A DNA stretch of 64,000 nucleotides from a virus. The position numbers were made by a program, and so were the translations under genes. The stretch spans positions 64,001 to 128,000 of the IMG/VR virus record IMGVR_UViG_3300035698_019437. The stretch is one strand, 5' to 3'. Under the pieces are notes generated by a model, which made no database searches, was not told where the DNA came from, and saw only the letters and a list, made by a program, of their open reading frames with translations. This document shows, piece by piece, positions 1 through 11,900 of the stretch (positions within the stretch are counted from its first letter, which is position 1; each line of letters opens with the position of its first letter).

Positions 1-3000
1 TTTGATGCATATCTGGATTCTGTAGAGTGTATCGATTTGAAAAATGTTGATATAGAGAAAATTCTGAAAGCAGTTGATGCTAAAGATATCAACGGACATG
101 CAAGTATTACTACTCGGTCGTTTACTAGTGGTATGTTGTTTGATGTCAGCGATCAAGTAAATAACAAACTAAAAGATCATGATAAGATTCCGTATATCAG
201 GTCGTTTGCTTTATCGTTTAACTTTATAAAAGAATACGTAAAAGCTGATAAGATCACTGGTATTGGCGTTCCTAATTTAGATATTAAAGATTTAGATGAC
301 AGTGATGTAGATAACTATGATGCATCTAGCGCTGTATTCGAAATAAGTGGTTCATCGGCTACAGAAGAAGATATAGATACGACTGCTGTTGATACACTGG
401 GGAATTTACCAGAAGGCGAATCGTCTGCTTCGTCAACATCTTCATCTACATGTACAGAATACAATTTTAATAATTACGAAGCTTATCCGTGTGGAATCCA
501 TAGAACAGTTAGCGTAGAAAAATTCACATCAGCAGAGTTGGATAGATGGAACACTGAACTATACGCAAATCCAGATTTTATGATGTTCTTTGGACAAAAT
601 AAAACGAATTGGAAAACTTCCGATGTAGAGATTTTACCCGGAGGTCTTTGCAGCACATTCTATGATGACTTCCAATATATAGATGCAAAACTACCTCCGG
701 GAGAATATACAATAGCGTATCAAGAAGGTGCTTTTAAATGGAAATCGACGCTTAATTGGTCATTACAAAGTCCGACGAGCGTATGTTCCGGGATATATTT
801 CAATTTTAATTGGGGTACCCCGACTACGCGAATAGAAAGACTGTCTCCTGGCGATAGAATCAAATATCCTTCCGTTGCTGCGCTAGAAACTGCGAACGAA
901 GGAGATGCTGCTTCGTTTATCCATATGGGTGGTCCAATAGGAATGTATGTTGTTGATCATACAACAGGCGGTAACGTATGCGATACTGATAATTGCCCGA
1001 CATATCAAATCAAGCCTACAAAACTGTCTGCTGTTATGATAGATCAATGGATAAAACCAGAAACATCAGGTATAAAATGGAATGTTATTACTCCTGTTAT
1101 GCACGGCTCGTTCTCAGCAAATACTAGAATATTCGTAGAGAGCTTTGGTATATACAGAACAGTTGATTCCGATCAAGAAGATAACAAGGAGCATAGCTTA
1201 GAAGGTTATGATAAATCATACTTTAATGATACTCTACTTGATTGTCTCAATATGTATATGTATAAAGGTATAGAATATTTGGCTGTAGAAACATCCGAAG
1301 AAATAACTCCAAGAGGGAATATATCTATAGCCACCAGACAGAATATTGATATATCTATTATGACTTCTACTGAATTTCAATACAACGGAATATCTTATCA
1401 CGAATTAAATGATGTTCCATATAGTTCATGGACAAAGTTAGGTATTGATAGAGAAGAAGCTACAGATATGTGGGATAAACTTTATGACGAAGATTGGACT
1501 AAAGTTGATCATTCTCTCTCAGGTATAGAAGTAGAAGACGAATTACCATGTCCAACGGACTCACTGATAGACAAAGCCACGTGTAAAGGGTATTTAGACT
1601 GGGTTAAAAAGAATCCTCTTATGTGTGATGGTAGAGACGAGTGCGAATCCGAATGTGAATCTGTTTTACGTGTAGATCAGGTTCCTTTAGAAAGATTGGC
1701 TTGGAAGAAGGGTAAAATATTAACTTCTATATCCGGAGCTTTAGAAATAGATAAAGAATCAAATAGTATTTTATCTGATATAGACATATCATTCGAAAGC
1801 AAAGAAGATTGGAAAGAATGGGCATCTAGGAAATCTTCAGAAAACAAAACTAATCCATTTGATTATGCGTTAGACATCACTCTGGACTATAACATATGTA
1901 CCATAGATTCTGATGATGATAACGATCTTACTTTGGTTATATTAGGATCGGATTGTCGTTCTAATTTTATAGACTTAATAAACCTAGATAACAATTCTAG
2001 TTGTAGAAATAATGACGACGAAATAAGAATAGATACACAAGTTAAAGTAGATTTAGCAGAACTTGGTAAGGTTGGCATTTTTGGAGATTCTATAAAAGAT
2101 GGAGATATAAAAGCTCAGGCAACTGTTATTAGTTCTGAAAAATTCTTTAAATACAGAGCTTCTGGTCCTATATCATCCGTTGTCTATACAGACACATCTA
2201 ACTTATTAGTATTTTATGAAGATGATAAAAGCAACATATCCGTCTCTGTATCACCTGACGGAGGCGATACATGGTACGATCATTACGGGATTGTTAGGTT
2301 ATTAAAGAAAGAAACTGCGACAAGACCTTATGCGATTCTTAACAGACGAACTAATGTTATCCATTTGTTTTTCATCTATAATCATAAATATATGGTTGTG
2401 AAGAACTTCTCAGGCAGTATGTTTAGTATTGTTGATGCTTTTGTAAGACCAAAAGCCTTAGACGAGTTTACAGTAACAACCGAAGACAATAAGAATCTTG
2501 AAGATTTATCTGAATTAGGCGCAGCTATACGCCTAGACGATATTGTTGTTATAGACGGTCCAAAAAATTCTACTGAGAATATAAACAAAGAAAATGCCAT
2601 AAGTCTAAAAAGAATTTCTAACGGTTTACTGCCCAGAATTATACTCTCTAGAGATGTTGGAGATGTTTCTGGTACTAATTACGATGATGCTCCATTCTCT
2701 GCGTACTATGACGATAAAGATATACTACGTTTGTTTTATGTAGATGGAGAAAAAACATTTGTTAAAAGTTCGTACGACGATGGGGATACATGGTCAGACA
2801 CATTAAATGGAGTATATTTCCATATGGCTAAACCAGAGAATACTACTGAAGAAACAAATGAAATGAAAGACTATTATAGGAATCAATCGTTTGTTTGTGA
2901 ATCAAATAACGAGTTTTCTGATATCATAGTCTGTTCTTCTCCGTTTTCGATAGAAGGTAAATGTATTCCATCCTTAGACGAAGCTATTCCAACTCGATCA

Positions 3001-3489
3001 GATGAGTTTGAAAATGAAGATGTTAGTAAGGCATGTACCAATGTTGAGGTTATTTCACAAATTCAAACAGTATATGATATTTTAACAGACAAAACTGAAG
3101 TTTTGTTTACCCTTAAAGGTGGGTTATATACCAGAGAAATAGAAAATAGCGTTTTCGATTTGATAGAAGGAATTGACATAGATACTGATGAAAATAGTAA
3201 AGAAGGAACTATACAATACGTAGCAAATAACATGTTCAATTTAACCTCGTTATCTAACAATAAACCTCTATGGATAGCGGGTAACAAGCCTGAAGATGAT
3301 TCGCTCTATGTAGTAATCGAGTCTGACACATACCCATCAGAAAGAAGTAATATAGTTGCAGACACAATACAGCCTAATGGGTATTTTAATTCGACTAGAG
3401 TTCTTAAGGTTTATTACTTTGACGTTAACAGAGACATATGGAATGTTACTATAGAGCCTCTATATGAAATACGTACGGAGAACACATAA
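1..3489 (+). CDS. Large putative virion/tail-associated protein (5'-truncated) with Ser-rich linker and BNR/Asp-box repeats
   Basis: Frame 1 is open from base 1, so the true start lies upstream of the window and the TTG at 37 is not necessarily the start. Asp-boxes SVSPDGGDTW (2245-2274) and SSYDDGDTW (2767-2793); acidic composition; heads a run of structural-looking genes. Confidence 0.6.
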   Translation, partial: FDAYLDSVECIDLKNVDIEKILKAVDAKDINGHASITTRSFTSGMLFDVSDQVNNKLKDHDKIPYIRSFALSFNFIKEYVKADKITGIGVPNLDIKDLDDSDVDNYDASSAVFEISGSSATEEDIDTTAVDTLGNLPEGESSASSTSSSTCTEYNFNNYEAYPCGIHRTVSVEKFTSAELDRWNTELYANPDFMMFFGQNKTNWKTSDVEILPGGLCSTFYDDFQYIDAKLPPGEYTIAYQEGAFKWKSTLNWSLQSPTSVCSGIYFNFNWGTPTTRIERLSPGDRIKYPSVAALETANEGDAASFIHMGGPIGMYVVDHTTGGNVCDTDNCPTYQIKPTKLSAVMIDQWIKPETSGIKWNVITPVMHGSFSANTRIFVESFGIYRTVDSDQEDNKEHSLEGYDKSYFNDTLLDCLNMYMYKGIEYLAVETSEEITPRGNISIATRQNIDISIMTSTEFQYNGISYHELNDVPYSSWTKLGIDREEATDMWDKLYDEDWTKVDHSLSGIEVEDELPCPTDSLIDKATCKGYLDWVKKNPLMCDGRDECESECESVLRVDQVPLERLAWKKGKILTSISGALEIDKESNSILSDIDISFESKEDWKEWASRKSSENKTNPFDYALDITLDYNICTIDSDDDNDLTLVILGSDCRSNFIDLINLDNNSSCRNNDDEIRIDTQVKVDLAELGKVGIFGDSIKDGDIKAQATVISSEKFFKYRASGPISSVVYTDTSNLLVFYEDDKSNISVSVSPDGGDTWYDHYGIVRLLKKETATRPYAILNRRTNVIHLFFIYNHKYMVVKNFSGSMFSIVDAFVRPKALDEFTVTTEDNKNLEDLSELGAAIRLDDIVVIDGPKNSTENINKENAISLKRISNGLLPRIILSRDVGDVSGTNYDDAPFSAYYDDKDILRLFYVDGEKTFVKSSYDDGDTWSDTLNGVYFHMAKPENTTEETNEMKDYYRNQSFVCESNNEFSDIIVCSSPFSIEGKCIPSLDEAIPTRSDEFENEDVSKACTNVEVISQIQTVYDILTDKTEVLFTLKGGLYTREIENSVFDLIEGIDIDTDENSKEGTIQYVANNMFNLTSLSNNKPLWIAGNKPEDDSLYVVIESDTYPSERSNIVADTIQPNGYFNSTRVLKVYYFDVNRDIWNVTIEPLYEIRTENT

Positions 3490-6400
3490 TGACATACGGG
3501 CAAACTGATCAACTTACAGCAGAAGAAATTACAAAGTTGAAAGATGGAGAAAGAGCAGATGCTGCTAATATTAATGAGATACCCGCAAATAAGCATTTTA
3601 CTAGAAACTATCAGTCTGGTAGAGTAATTATGAAATGTCTTATCAATAACTATTGTCCGACTAAAGCAGAAAACTTGATAGAAGATGGTATTGTTTTTAA
3701 TAACGATACAGTAAAAACTTTCCCAGAAGATGTTTTTAAAGACTTGTCTTTTGTTATAGGTCAACCTGGAATATACTTAAAAGAAGATTATGTATATAGA
3801 TCAAATTTCTTAGGTGTATCTCCTCTGACTACGCCCGGGATCAACACGGGTGAAGACTTGATAGATTGGTATGAACCTCTGGTAACGTTGGAGAATTATC
3901 CTCCTGATTACCTTGAACACTTTGGTTGGGTTATTCAAAGAAGCGTTTTCGATTATCCTAGTGATCTTATATATCAACCTAAACTTAGAAGGTGTAATGC
4001 CATAGGAAGTCAAAAATGTATATCAGCTAGGTGGGATTACGCGAATAAACCAAGAAATTTGGCCGGTGATGTAAGAATTCCAGATAGTGATCGTGGTAGA
4101 TATCCCACTTCTGACGAAAGACGAGATTCTAGGATAGTCTTCCCTTTTCAAAAAGCAAAGAATAAAACTAAGAAGTATTCAGGTACTCCGCCAACGTATG
4201 TGACCACTCCTGTTCATTGGAGATTAGAGAAGCATGTACCTCTTTTCTATGGAGAAGATTTTTTCATAGAGTTTATTCCTGCATCACACGAGTCAGATAT
4301 CTCTAATGTTAAATCTACAGCTTTCCATTCTTATCCAAGGCCACAATATAAGGCGTTAGATGTGTATGCAAATGTTGATTTATCGGGGCCAGATGTTCCG
4401 GAGAATAATGGGGTAGTTTCTTATGAAGCAGTTTTTAAGGATGGTACAGATGAGATAGAAAAATATAAAGCTGTAGAAAGCTCCAAAGCTTTATTAGATT
4501 TTAACAAACAAGCATACTATGTAGTAGAGATTGGTGTAAATAGTCCTGACCATAATTACTTTATAATTATTACAGAAAAAAGCAACCCCACTATTGTTAG
4601 GGTTGTTCGACAAAATGGTAAATATCGTTCGTATAATTTGGGATCGTATGCTCCAATAAAAGGAATATCTTTGTTAAAAAGAAGGTCATTCCGTATGACA
4701 GTTAGAAATCATCTAGGGAAATTAGTGATCACCTTTTCTGGATACGAAAATCAACCTTGGGTTATAGAACAATTATCTTTAAGCGACAAGGATGTTAAAC
4801 TTGTTACTGTGCCAGGAGGGTGGGACAAAGCAAGAAAGGTGGATCATGGTGGCATGACAGTATGGGGAGGAAATAAACCAGCAGGCTTCATATTCGGCAT
4901 TTTACAATATCAGTCATATTATAATTTGCTTTTACCAGTATCGGATAAGAACGTATCTACTCCGGATTCTATACAAAAGAGGCAAAAATTTGAATTACCA
5001 TTTAAAGGGACATATGGCAATATTTCTTTATTGAGTGCGCAAGATGGTGGGCTAGATATAAGTATATTACCAGAAAAAACCTTAAGTGGCCCTCCTGCGA
5101 GAGTATCCAACATTATAGATGATTTTTTTGTTAATAGGAGAAAGAGAGATAAACAACCAATTTTTACATGTGATGCGCAAAGAATAGAAGAATATTCGGT
5201 AGAAGTAAAGTCCGATGGGTCAATGGGAATAAGAAAAGAACATGCTACTTCATTTGTTCCATACGCTACCTTGGGCCATGGCTTAAAAGATTTTCCCGGA
5301 AATACTGCTGTTATCTTATATGGGAAACAGATACAGGGTTTACAAATCGACATCGCTAATGAACAAGAAAATGCTTCTCTTCTGTTTAAACTTGTTATAC
5401 TTTTATCTCAACAAGACCCTATAGATCAAGTTGAAATTGAAAAAAGGTTAGCAGAAATAGAAATAGTTAATCAAAAGATCAAAAGACTTAATACGAGTTT
5501 GTCAAGTTTATTTAAATTGCAAAAAGAAATGACAGAGAATGATCCTAATTTTTCTGGAATAAATTTGTCTATGATACCAGATGTTACAAAAAGTACCGAT
5601 CAAGCCATGAAGTTTTTTGTCTATGCTCAACTAGTAGCAGGTAGTCATCCATTTGATTACAGAATTCAAGCACTTCAACGAACTGATGGTACTCCGATAA
5701 CCACCAAAGACAGAAGTTGGACATGTCCTAATTGTGTTACTCCTGTTTTGAGTAATATAAGGTTGGTTTCTTTTCCGAGAGATGATAGCGCGTGGGGTGC
5801 AAATAAAATAGATGCGAGCGACCTGGTAATGAATTTTTCAGAGACATGGACGGCTTCAGATTTTCATAAAATAGAACATACAGGAAGTATCAACTTTCTG
5901 ATTAATCCCGGAATGAGAGCAGACGAAACAGCTACAAGAGTAGAGAATCTTCAAGATAAAGCTTTTTATATAGAAATATGGGCAGGATATGGAGACTATA
6001 ACCTTACGCCTGATTGTAACTATTCTAGATTACCGGGCATGTATAAATTGTTTACTGGTATTTGTTACGGAGGAACCATAACAAAAGAAGCAGGTAAAAG
6101 AGTTATGGAATCTCAGATTTATGATTATAGTAAGATTATAGAAGATCAACTGTTTTTTAATTCTCCGTTTTTTGATGGTATGAGAGATTTAAATGCAATA
6201 AAAACGATGGTTGAGCTATCAGGAATAAAAGATAAAAAACTGTTTGATCCCGGATATCTAGTTAGTCGTGCCGCTGAACACAAAGGAAATGATTACCATA
6301 GAATTCCCACTCCTGATGGCAGGATGTTTAAAGCTAAGCCTTACGCCTTGCCTGCTTCATATCAAAGATTGACTCAGCCATTCTTTAGATATGAGGATGG

Positions 6401-7097
6401 AAAATCTATATGGGAAGGAATGCATGATTTAACGGTACGTTCAGGCAAGGTTATATTCTTTGATGCACACGGTATGCTCCATTATGAAAGTTTGCCATTT
6501 GATACATATTTGTTTGGTAAAGATAGTATAGAAAAAATTAAGAAAGATTTGACTTTATGGTATTTTACTAGCGCGCCAGATGATTATGGTCAACAGATAT
6601 TTAATACTTTTACAATACAGGCTAGCATGGAAGATGTTATTAATAATATTCATGTTATGACTAGTACTCCTGATTTTGAGTTGGTTATTGCTGATGATAT
6701 TAATAAAGAATCTATACAAGACCCATCAAAATCAGGTTTTTTGGGATATAGAAAGACATACTTACAACAAGATGGTATATTTGGAAGCGTAAAAGCTTTA
6801 GCTAATCTTATTCAGCATTATCAAAAGCTGTATGTTCCTCCTGCCGTAGCATCTTTTGAGTCATACGGGTTGCCAATGCGGTGTTTCGACTTAGCTATTG
6901 TTGAAGGTCAACCTTTGATAATAACGAATATATCATCAGAAATTGATCCATCTGCAAATAAATGGTGGCAGACAGTAGAAGGCGAATGGTATCAACCTGC
7001 TGGATTTAGTGAAGGCGGCAATCTTAGTAGCGTACCTAGTTTACCCGCACCGACTACTCAATGGCAGGGCTTCGCTCGTCCAGGTACTGATTCCTAA
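3489..7097 (+). CDS. Putative tail/baseplate hub-like protein (1202 aa)
   Basis: C-terminal third resembles phage hub/tail-tip proteins (IEIWAGY..LFTG, FFDAHGMLHY, VINNIHV, LIITNISSEID); TAATG coupling to the upstream gene. Confidence 0.5.
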   Translation: MTYGQTDQLTAEEITKLKDGERADAANINEIPANKHFTRNYQSGRVIMKCLINNYCPTKAENLIEDGIVFNNDTVKTFPEDVFKDLSFVIGQPGIYLKEDYVYRSNFLGVSPLTTPGINTGEDLIDWYEPLVTLENYPPDYLEHFGWVIQRSVFDYPSDLIYQPKLRRCNAIGSQKCISARWDYANKPRNLAGDVRIPDSDRGRYPTSDERRDSRIVFPFQKAKNKTKKYSGTPPTYVTTPVHWRLEKHVPLFYGEDFFIEFIPASHESDISNVKSTAFHSYPRPQYKALDVYANVDLSGPDVPENNGVVSYEAVFKDGTDEIEKYKAVESSKALLDFNKQAYYVVEIGVNSPDHNYFIIITEKSNPTIVRVVRQNGKYRSYNLGSYAPIKGISLLKRRSFRMTVRNHLGKLVITFSGYENQPWVIEQLSLSDKDVKLVTVPGGWDKARKVDHGGMTVWGGNKPAGFIFGILQYQSYYNLLLPVSDKNVSTPDSIQKRQKFELPFKGTYGNISLLSAQDGGLDISILPEKTLSGPPARVSNIIDDFFVNRRKRDKQPIFTCDAQRIEEYSVEVKSDGSMGIRKEHATSFVPYATLGHGLKDFPGNTAVILYGKQIQGLQIDIANEQENASLLFKLVILLSQQDPIDQVEIEKRLAEIEIVNQKIKRLNTSLSSLFKLQKEMTENDPNFSGINLSMIPDVTKSTDQAMKFFVYAQLVAGSHPFDYRIQALQRTDGTPITTKDRSWTCPNCVTPVLSNIRLVSFPRDDSAWGANKIDASDLVMNFSETWTASDFHKIEHTGSINFLINPGMRADETATRVENLQDKAFYIEIWAGYGDYNLTPDCNYSRLPGMYKLFTGICYGGTITKEAGKRVMESQIYDYSKIIEDQLFFNSPFFDGMRDLNAIKTMVELSGIKDKKLFDPGYLVSRAAEHKGNDYHRIPTPDGRMFKAKPYALPASYQRLTQPFFRYEDGKSIWEGMHDLTVRSGKVIFFDAHGMLHYESLPFDTYLFGKDSIEKIKKDLTLWYFTSAPDDYGQQIFNTFTIQASMEDVINNIHVMTSTPDFELVIADDINKESIQDPSKSGFLGYRKTYLQQDGIFGSVKALANLIQHYQKLYVPPAVASFESYGLPMRCFDLAIVEGQPLIITNISSEIDPSANKWWQTVEGEWYQPAGFSEGGNLSSVPSLPAPTTQWQGFARPGTDS

Positions 7098-7115
7098 TAA
7101 CGAAAGGCAATAACA

Positions 7116-7337
7116 ATGAATCATGTTTATAAAGATTATACTGATACCGTAAAAGAATATACTGGTAGAGCTACGGATCAGTCGATTAATAGAAGTAGGA
7201 GTACGGAAAACATTACACAGGTTGTTGTAAGTGGTTTTAGGTCTCTTCATGCCCACCAGGTTAGGAGATTTTCATATGCCAATAGAGATATTCATATTGT
7301 AGGCAGAGCCGGTGGTGGGAACTCTGTTGGGAGATAA
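7116..7337 (+). CDS. Small hypothetical protein (73 aa)
   Basis: Fills the gap between two structural genes; AAAGG upstream. Confidence 0.55.
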   Translation: MNHVYKDYTDTVKEYTGRATDQSINRSRSTENITQVVVSGFRSLHAHQVRRFSYANRDIHIVGRAGGGNSVGR

Positions 7338-7339
7338 TT

Positions 7340-8959
7340 ATGGCAGGTTTGACTCCTTATTATAAAATGGCGTACTTCGACTTTGGAGATGAGTTAGACA
7401 CTCCGATTAATATGCAAAAAGAAGTTGATAGATTTACGCTAATTGATAGGCAAATATTCGGGATGTACCAAATTTTTGGTAACGGTGTTATAACTGGATG
7501 GCAAGTGTATGATAATGGGTTCACTGAAGAAACTGGTATAAGTATCGGCATAACAGAAGGAAGTGGAGTTATAGATAGTATCTCCGCTGTCACGAATTTT
7601 CCTGATCGTATCGACGGGCTTATCCCCAACACTACTACAGATATCTATGTCGTATTGGTAGCTTCTACAGTCACTGACAGACTTCCATCTTTTGTTTTAG
7701 CAACACCAAATTCTGTTTTACCAAATACATCTACTATGCTGAAGATAGCTTCTGTTACTACATCAGATAATGGTATATTATTACTAGATAATACGGTAAG
7801 AGAGCTTATAACTTTTCAACAGATTATTCAAGATACTGTAGATGATCATAAGCATCGTGGAGAACCCACAAAAATAGACCTTGAAAAAGAAGTTAAAAAC
7901 CAACTTCCCGGCGCTAGAATAGAAAATTTCGATGCATCTAAAATAGAAAACGGTAGAGTCGATAGAGGAAGAATACCGACTTTAGATCATACAGAACTAG
8001 ATAATGTGGGTATTTTAACTCATGCATCTTTAGACAGTTTCATACAAGCTATTACTGTTCCTAATTTAGGTTTGTTAGGAGAAGTTGCTACTGTCAATCT
8101 TCTTAGACAAACGATATTTTTGAAATATAAATATCCTACAGTAGATAATTACTTTGTGAACGAGTTGGCTGTATTGCCGGGTATATCTTTAGATTCTCAA
8201 ATAGATTTTAATGCAAGTACGGCTGTTATAGATATAATTTCTGGGTGTATCGCAGGATTCCCGTTTGCAGATACAAGTGCTTACTTCTTTACTAGTAATT
8301 TTTCTTTATCTAACAATGTTATAAGAGGTATTCTTACAAGCAGAATTACTACCCCTAACAGTTCAACTGTACAATTTGGAATCAATACAACAAATTCAGT
8401 TGATTTTGATAATGATTATGAAGTGATAACCGAAAATTCTGTGTTTACACTGGATCAACCAGGCGAAAATCTTAGAGTAGGTATCAAACTTGTATCAGGA
8501 ACAGGGTCTCATAACCCGTACGCTGTTAATTTTACAAACTTCGTAGACTTTGTGTTTGTTAACGAATCTACATCTTCGGCCACGTTCCATTTTAGAATTA
8601 GATTTTATAATGATGAGTTTTTGACAGATTTATTTACTACGGCATACAGCGGTAGTGATCAAGAGGGTTGGGTAATAGATGACAAATATGATATTCCGTT
8701 AATAGGATATACGGTTGGTGCAAGTGATGCTATCAACGTTTCATATTACCCAGACTTGTCTACGTTTGTGCAAGACAAAGTATATTATCTAACTATAGAT
8801 GCTTTTGACGGGTCTTCGTTTGTATCTGAATCATCTGGTTATACTTTTGTTTCAGGCGGAAGTACTACATGTGATCAATATTCTAATTTGCCAACTGTTA
8901 AAAACTTTGCTTTGATATTTGAAATGGAAAACGGAAGCAAGATAATGCTTAATCTATAA
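7340..8959 (+). CDS. Putative virion structural/fibre protein, paralogue of the downstream 1967-aa protein
   Basis: GGAG RBS; N-terminus (DRFTLIDRQ..GVITGWQV) and HKH..KIDL..IPTLDH block align by eye with the next ORF. Confidence 0.6.
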   Translation: MAGLTPYYKMAYFDFGDELDTPINMQKEVDRFTLIDRQIFGMYQIFGNGVITGWQVYDNGFTEETGISIGITEGSGVIDSISAVTNFPDRIDGLIPNTTTDIYVVLVASTVTDRLPSFVLATPNSVLPNTSTMLKIASVTTSDNGILLLDNTVRELITFQQIIQDTVDDHKHRGEPTKIDLEKEVKNQLPGARIENFDASKIENGRVDRGRIPTLDHTELDNVGILTHASLDSFIQAITVPNLGLLGEVATVNLLRQTIFLKYKYPTVDNYFVNELAVLPGISLDSQIDFNASTAVIDIISGCIAGFPFADTSAYFFTSNFSLSNNVIRGILTSRITTPNSSTVQFGINTTNSVDFDNDYEVITENSVFTLDQPGENLRVGIKLVSGTGSHNPYAVNFTNFVDFVFVNESTSSATFHFRIRFYNDEFLTDLFTTAYSGSDQEGWVIDDKYDIPLIGYTVGASDAINVSYYPDLSTFVQDKVYYLTIDAFDGSSFVSESSGYTFVSGGSTTCDQYSNLPTVKNFALIFEMENGSKIMLNL

Positions 8960-11900
8960 TGCCTATATCTACTAAAAAATATGGTTTGATTGCCTTCACC
9001 GATGGTGATGTATATTCTGCTGCTTCAGATAAAGAACGTTTTGTAATCATAGATAATCAACTTGCATCTCTTGCAGATTTAATTACAGACGGCGTTATAG
9101 ATGGATGGTCTGTTGTAGATAATAGTACTACATCTACACTGTCTGTAAAAGTTACGTCTGGCCTTGGATTAATAGATCGCAACATTACGAGAACTTTCCA
9201 ATCATTTTATGTTGATATAACAGATAACACTACTTTGTATGTTTATATGCAAAGAAAAAGAGACTATATAGCATCCTTTAGCCCGTTTTCTGAAAGGGCA
9301 AGCGTTATTTATGTTGATGCGACACCTCCAGATATGCCAACTGGACTTCATGCCGCTAGAACTATATACAGCTCTATTACGATAGCATGGAATAACAACA
9401 TAGAACCTGATTTATCTTATTATTCTATAGAGAAAAGTATAGATGGCGTGGTGTTTGCAGAAGTTTCTCAAGAGACTGATCCTATCTATATAGATACGGA
9501 TGTCAGCGACAACACGACATATTCTTATAGGATTATAGCTGTCGATAATAGTGGTAATAACAGCGTCACTTCTGCTGTTGTTACAATTACTACTCCTGTT
9601 GATACAACGTCACCAGTAAATCCATCGTTCTTGTTGGTTTTTGTAGGCGACGGTCAACTAGAATTAGTTTGGGAAACTCCTAAAATAGGCAGCGTTTCTT
9701 ACTATGAGGCAAGAGTTCAAAAGTTAGATGAGCAACATCAAGAGACTGGTTCTATATCTGTCTACACCGCAGATTCTATTGCTACTAATCTTTTTATGTT
9801 GGGGCTTGATAATGAGACATCGTACAAAGTTGAATTCTATGTAGTGAATCCAAACGGCGTAAAGTCTCCTGGTCTAGTAAAGATAGCAACTCCTGTATCT
9901 AACATTGGACCGCAAGAAATAAGTGACTTGACAATATACGATTTGCAAAGCAGTGTTTCTGAAAACGGTGTGTTGTTGAACATTTCATTTATTCCCGGAA
10001 TAGACCCATATAGAACATTCGCAGATGTTTTTATAATTACATTAATAGAAAACGGGATAACTACATCTGATGAGATTATTATAACCAACTCTAATGCATT
10101 AGAAATATCTTTGTTTAACGTTGACGGATTAATAAGTCCTATTTTACCAAGAACTGATTATATAATTAAAGTTCAAGGTAGGGATTCGGATGGGAATGTC
10201 AATAATGGCGTAGTTGGAAGAATAGAAACTAGGAATTTTGTTTCTCCTGCATCTCCGAGTAACCTGAACGTTGTTTCATATTTTGATAATGGAATACATT
10301 TTTCATGGACGAATAGTGTAGATATATTTAATCACAATACAATAACTGTTATAAAGCAGAATACATCTACCGGTGCTCAAACGGTATTAGAAAATTCTAC
10401 TAATATAGGTAAAGCTGCATCATATGTTATTACCAAAGAAAACATTGAAGGTAATTTTACTTATTCTATACAGTTGTATGCAGTTGATGAATATGAAAAT
10501 AGAAGCAGTACTGTTTCTAAATCACTAATTGTCGAAGCGTTTGAAGCTCCTGATATACCTTTAGAACAATTTGCTTTGTCAGGTGTTGGAAGTGTATTTT
10601 TGGGGTGGGAACCAAGAAATGATCAGCCAACAGAGTATTACAAAATATGGAGATCAGATTATGACGAGAGATCAGTTACTGCTAGTGATTTTTCTCTCAT
10701 CGATACCATCCCTGGTTCATTAACATCATATACGGATTATACTGCTGAGCTTGAATCTAGATACTACTATTTCGTAACCGCTGTTAGCAAATTTGGTGGA
10801 GAATCCCTCAATCCAATAGACGATGAGTTTTATTATTATGACATGATTTATGCTTTTGGCGGATATTCTCATACAACAATACAGCCCGGTGGAATGGCTG
10901 CTACTAATTCAGGCGTTGCAGATGATTTCGATATTAGTCTGTCATGGGATGCTCCTGATAACGCAGAGGCTTTTGATGGATATGAAATATATAGGTCAGA
11001 TGGCAACACTTATGCATGGGAGAAAGTAGATAGCGTTGATAGGTATGAAACAAGTTATACAGATATAGACGCTGCAATAGATAGCCAGACTTACTACTAT
11101 ATGGTAAGACAGTTTAGAGATGAGGCGAGATTGTTTGTATCTACATCACCCTCCGCGCCTGTTGATTCTGTTGTATTAGCAAAAGTAACAACTACTTTAG
11201 GTCTAGTTACTGTAGATTCATCTGTATCTAATCAACTTGCACAATGGAGAGACCCACTTTTAGATTATATCAATGAAAAAACTGATGAGCATCAACACAT
11301 ATTTACTACAGAAAAAGACCGAAGAATCGATCTTCGAGAAAATGTAGTTATTACTGAGTGGACTACACTAGATAATAAGAAATATGGCACTGTACAAGAT
11401 TTAACAGGCGCTACTTCATACGTTGTTAAAGTCGATGGCTCTTTGCCTAATATGATGTATGAGGTTGATGATTTACTAGGTACAGTCATTTTTGAAAGAG
11501 CAACTGAATCTGACAATATAAGTGTAGAACTAGTTGGAGTTAATGAAACTCAGAATACGTTACCGAAAGAGAAAGTCTCCCAGGTGTTCGGTGAACAGGT
11601 TAAAGGAGACGCATTCGCCGTTGAACAGATTCCGATCTTAGACCATTTAGGTAGAACGGTTGAAGAGCTTGTTCCTGTACAGTTAAGAATGCAGACTTCC
11701 GATGGCTTTAGGTTTACAATTGCACAAAATAATTTTAGCGATGTTGATGAAACAGTAGGAACTTCTGTTACGTTTTATCAAGTAATGCAAGCGATTGTAC
11801 CAAATCAGGTTGAACTTTGTTGGGAAGATTTGATATTTCCAGAATGGGATGACCTTCTTTTTAACGAATGGTCTAAATTCCCGTTTGATTGTTCTTCATC

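Noticed and set aside
1020-1180. 3D (peptidoglycan lytic) domain-like stretch in ORF1 (NTRIFVESFGIYRTVD)
   Set aside because: Only a superficial match; the expected DTG and downstream Asp motifs are not evident.
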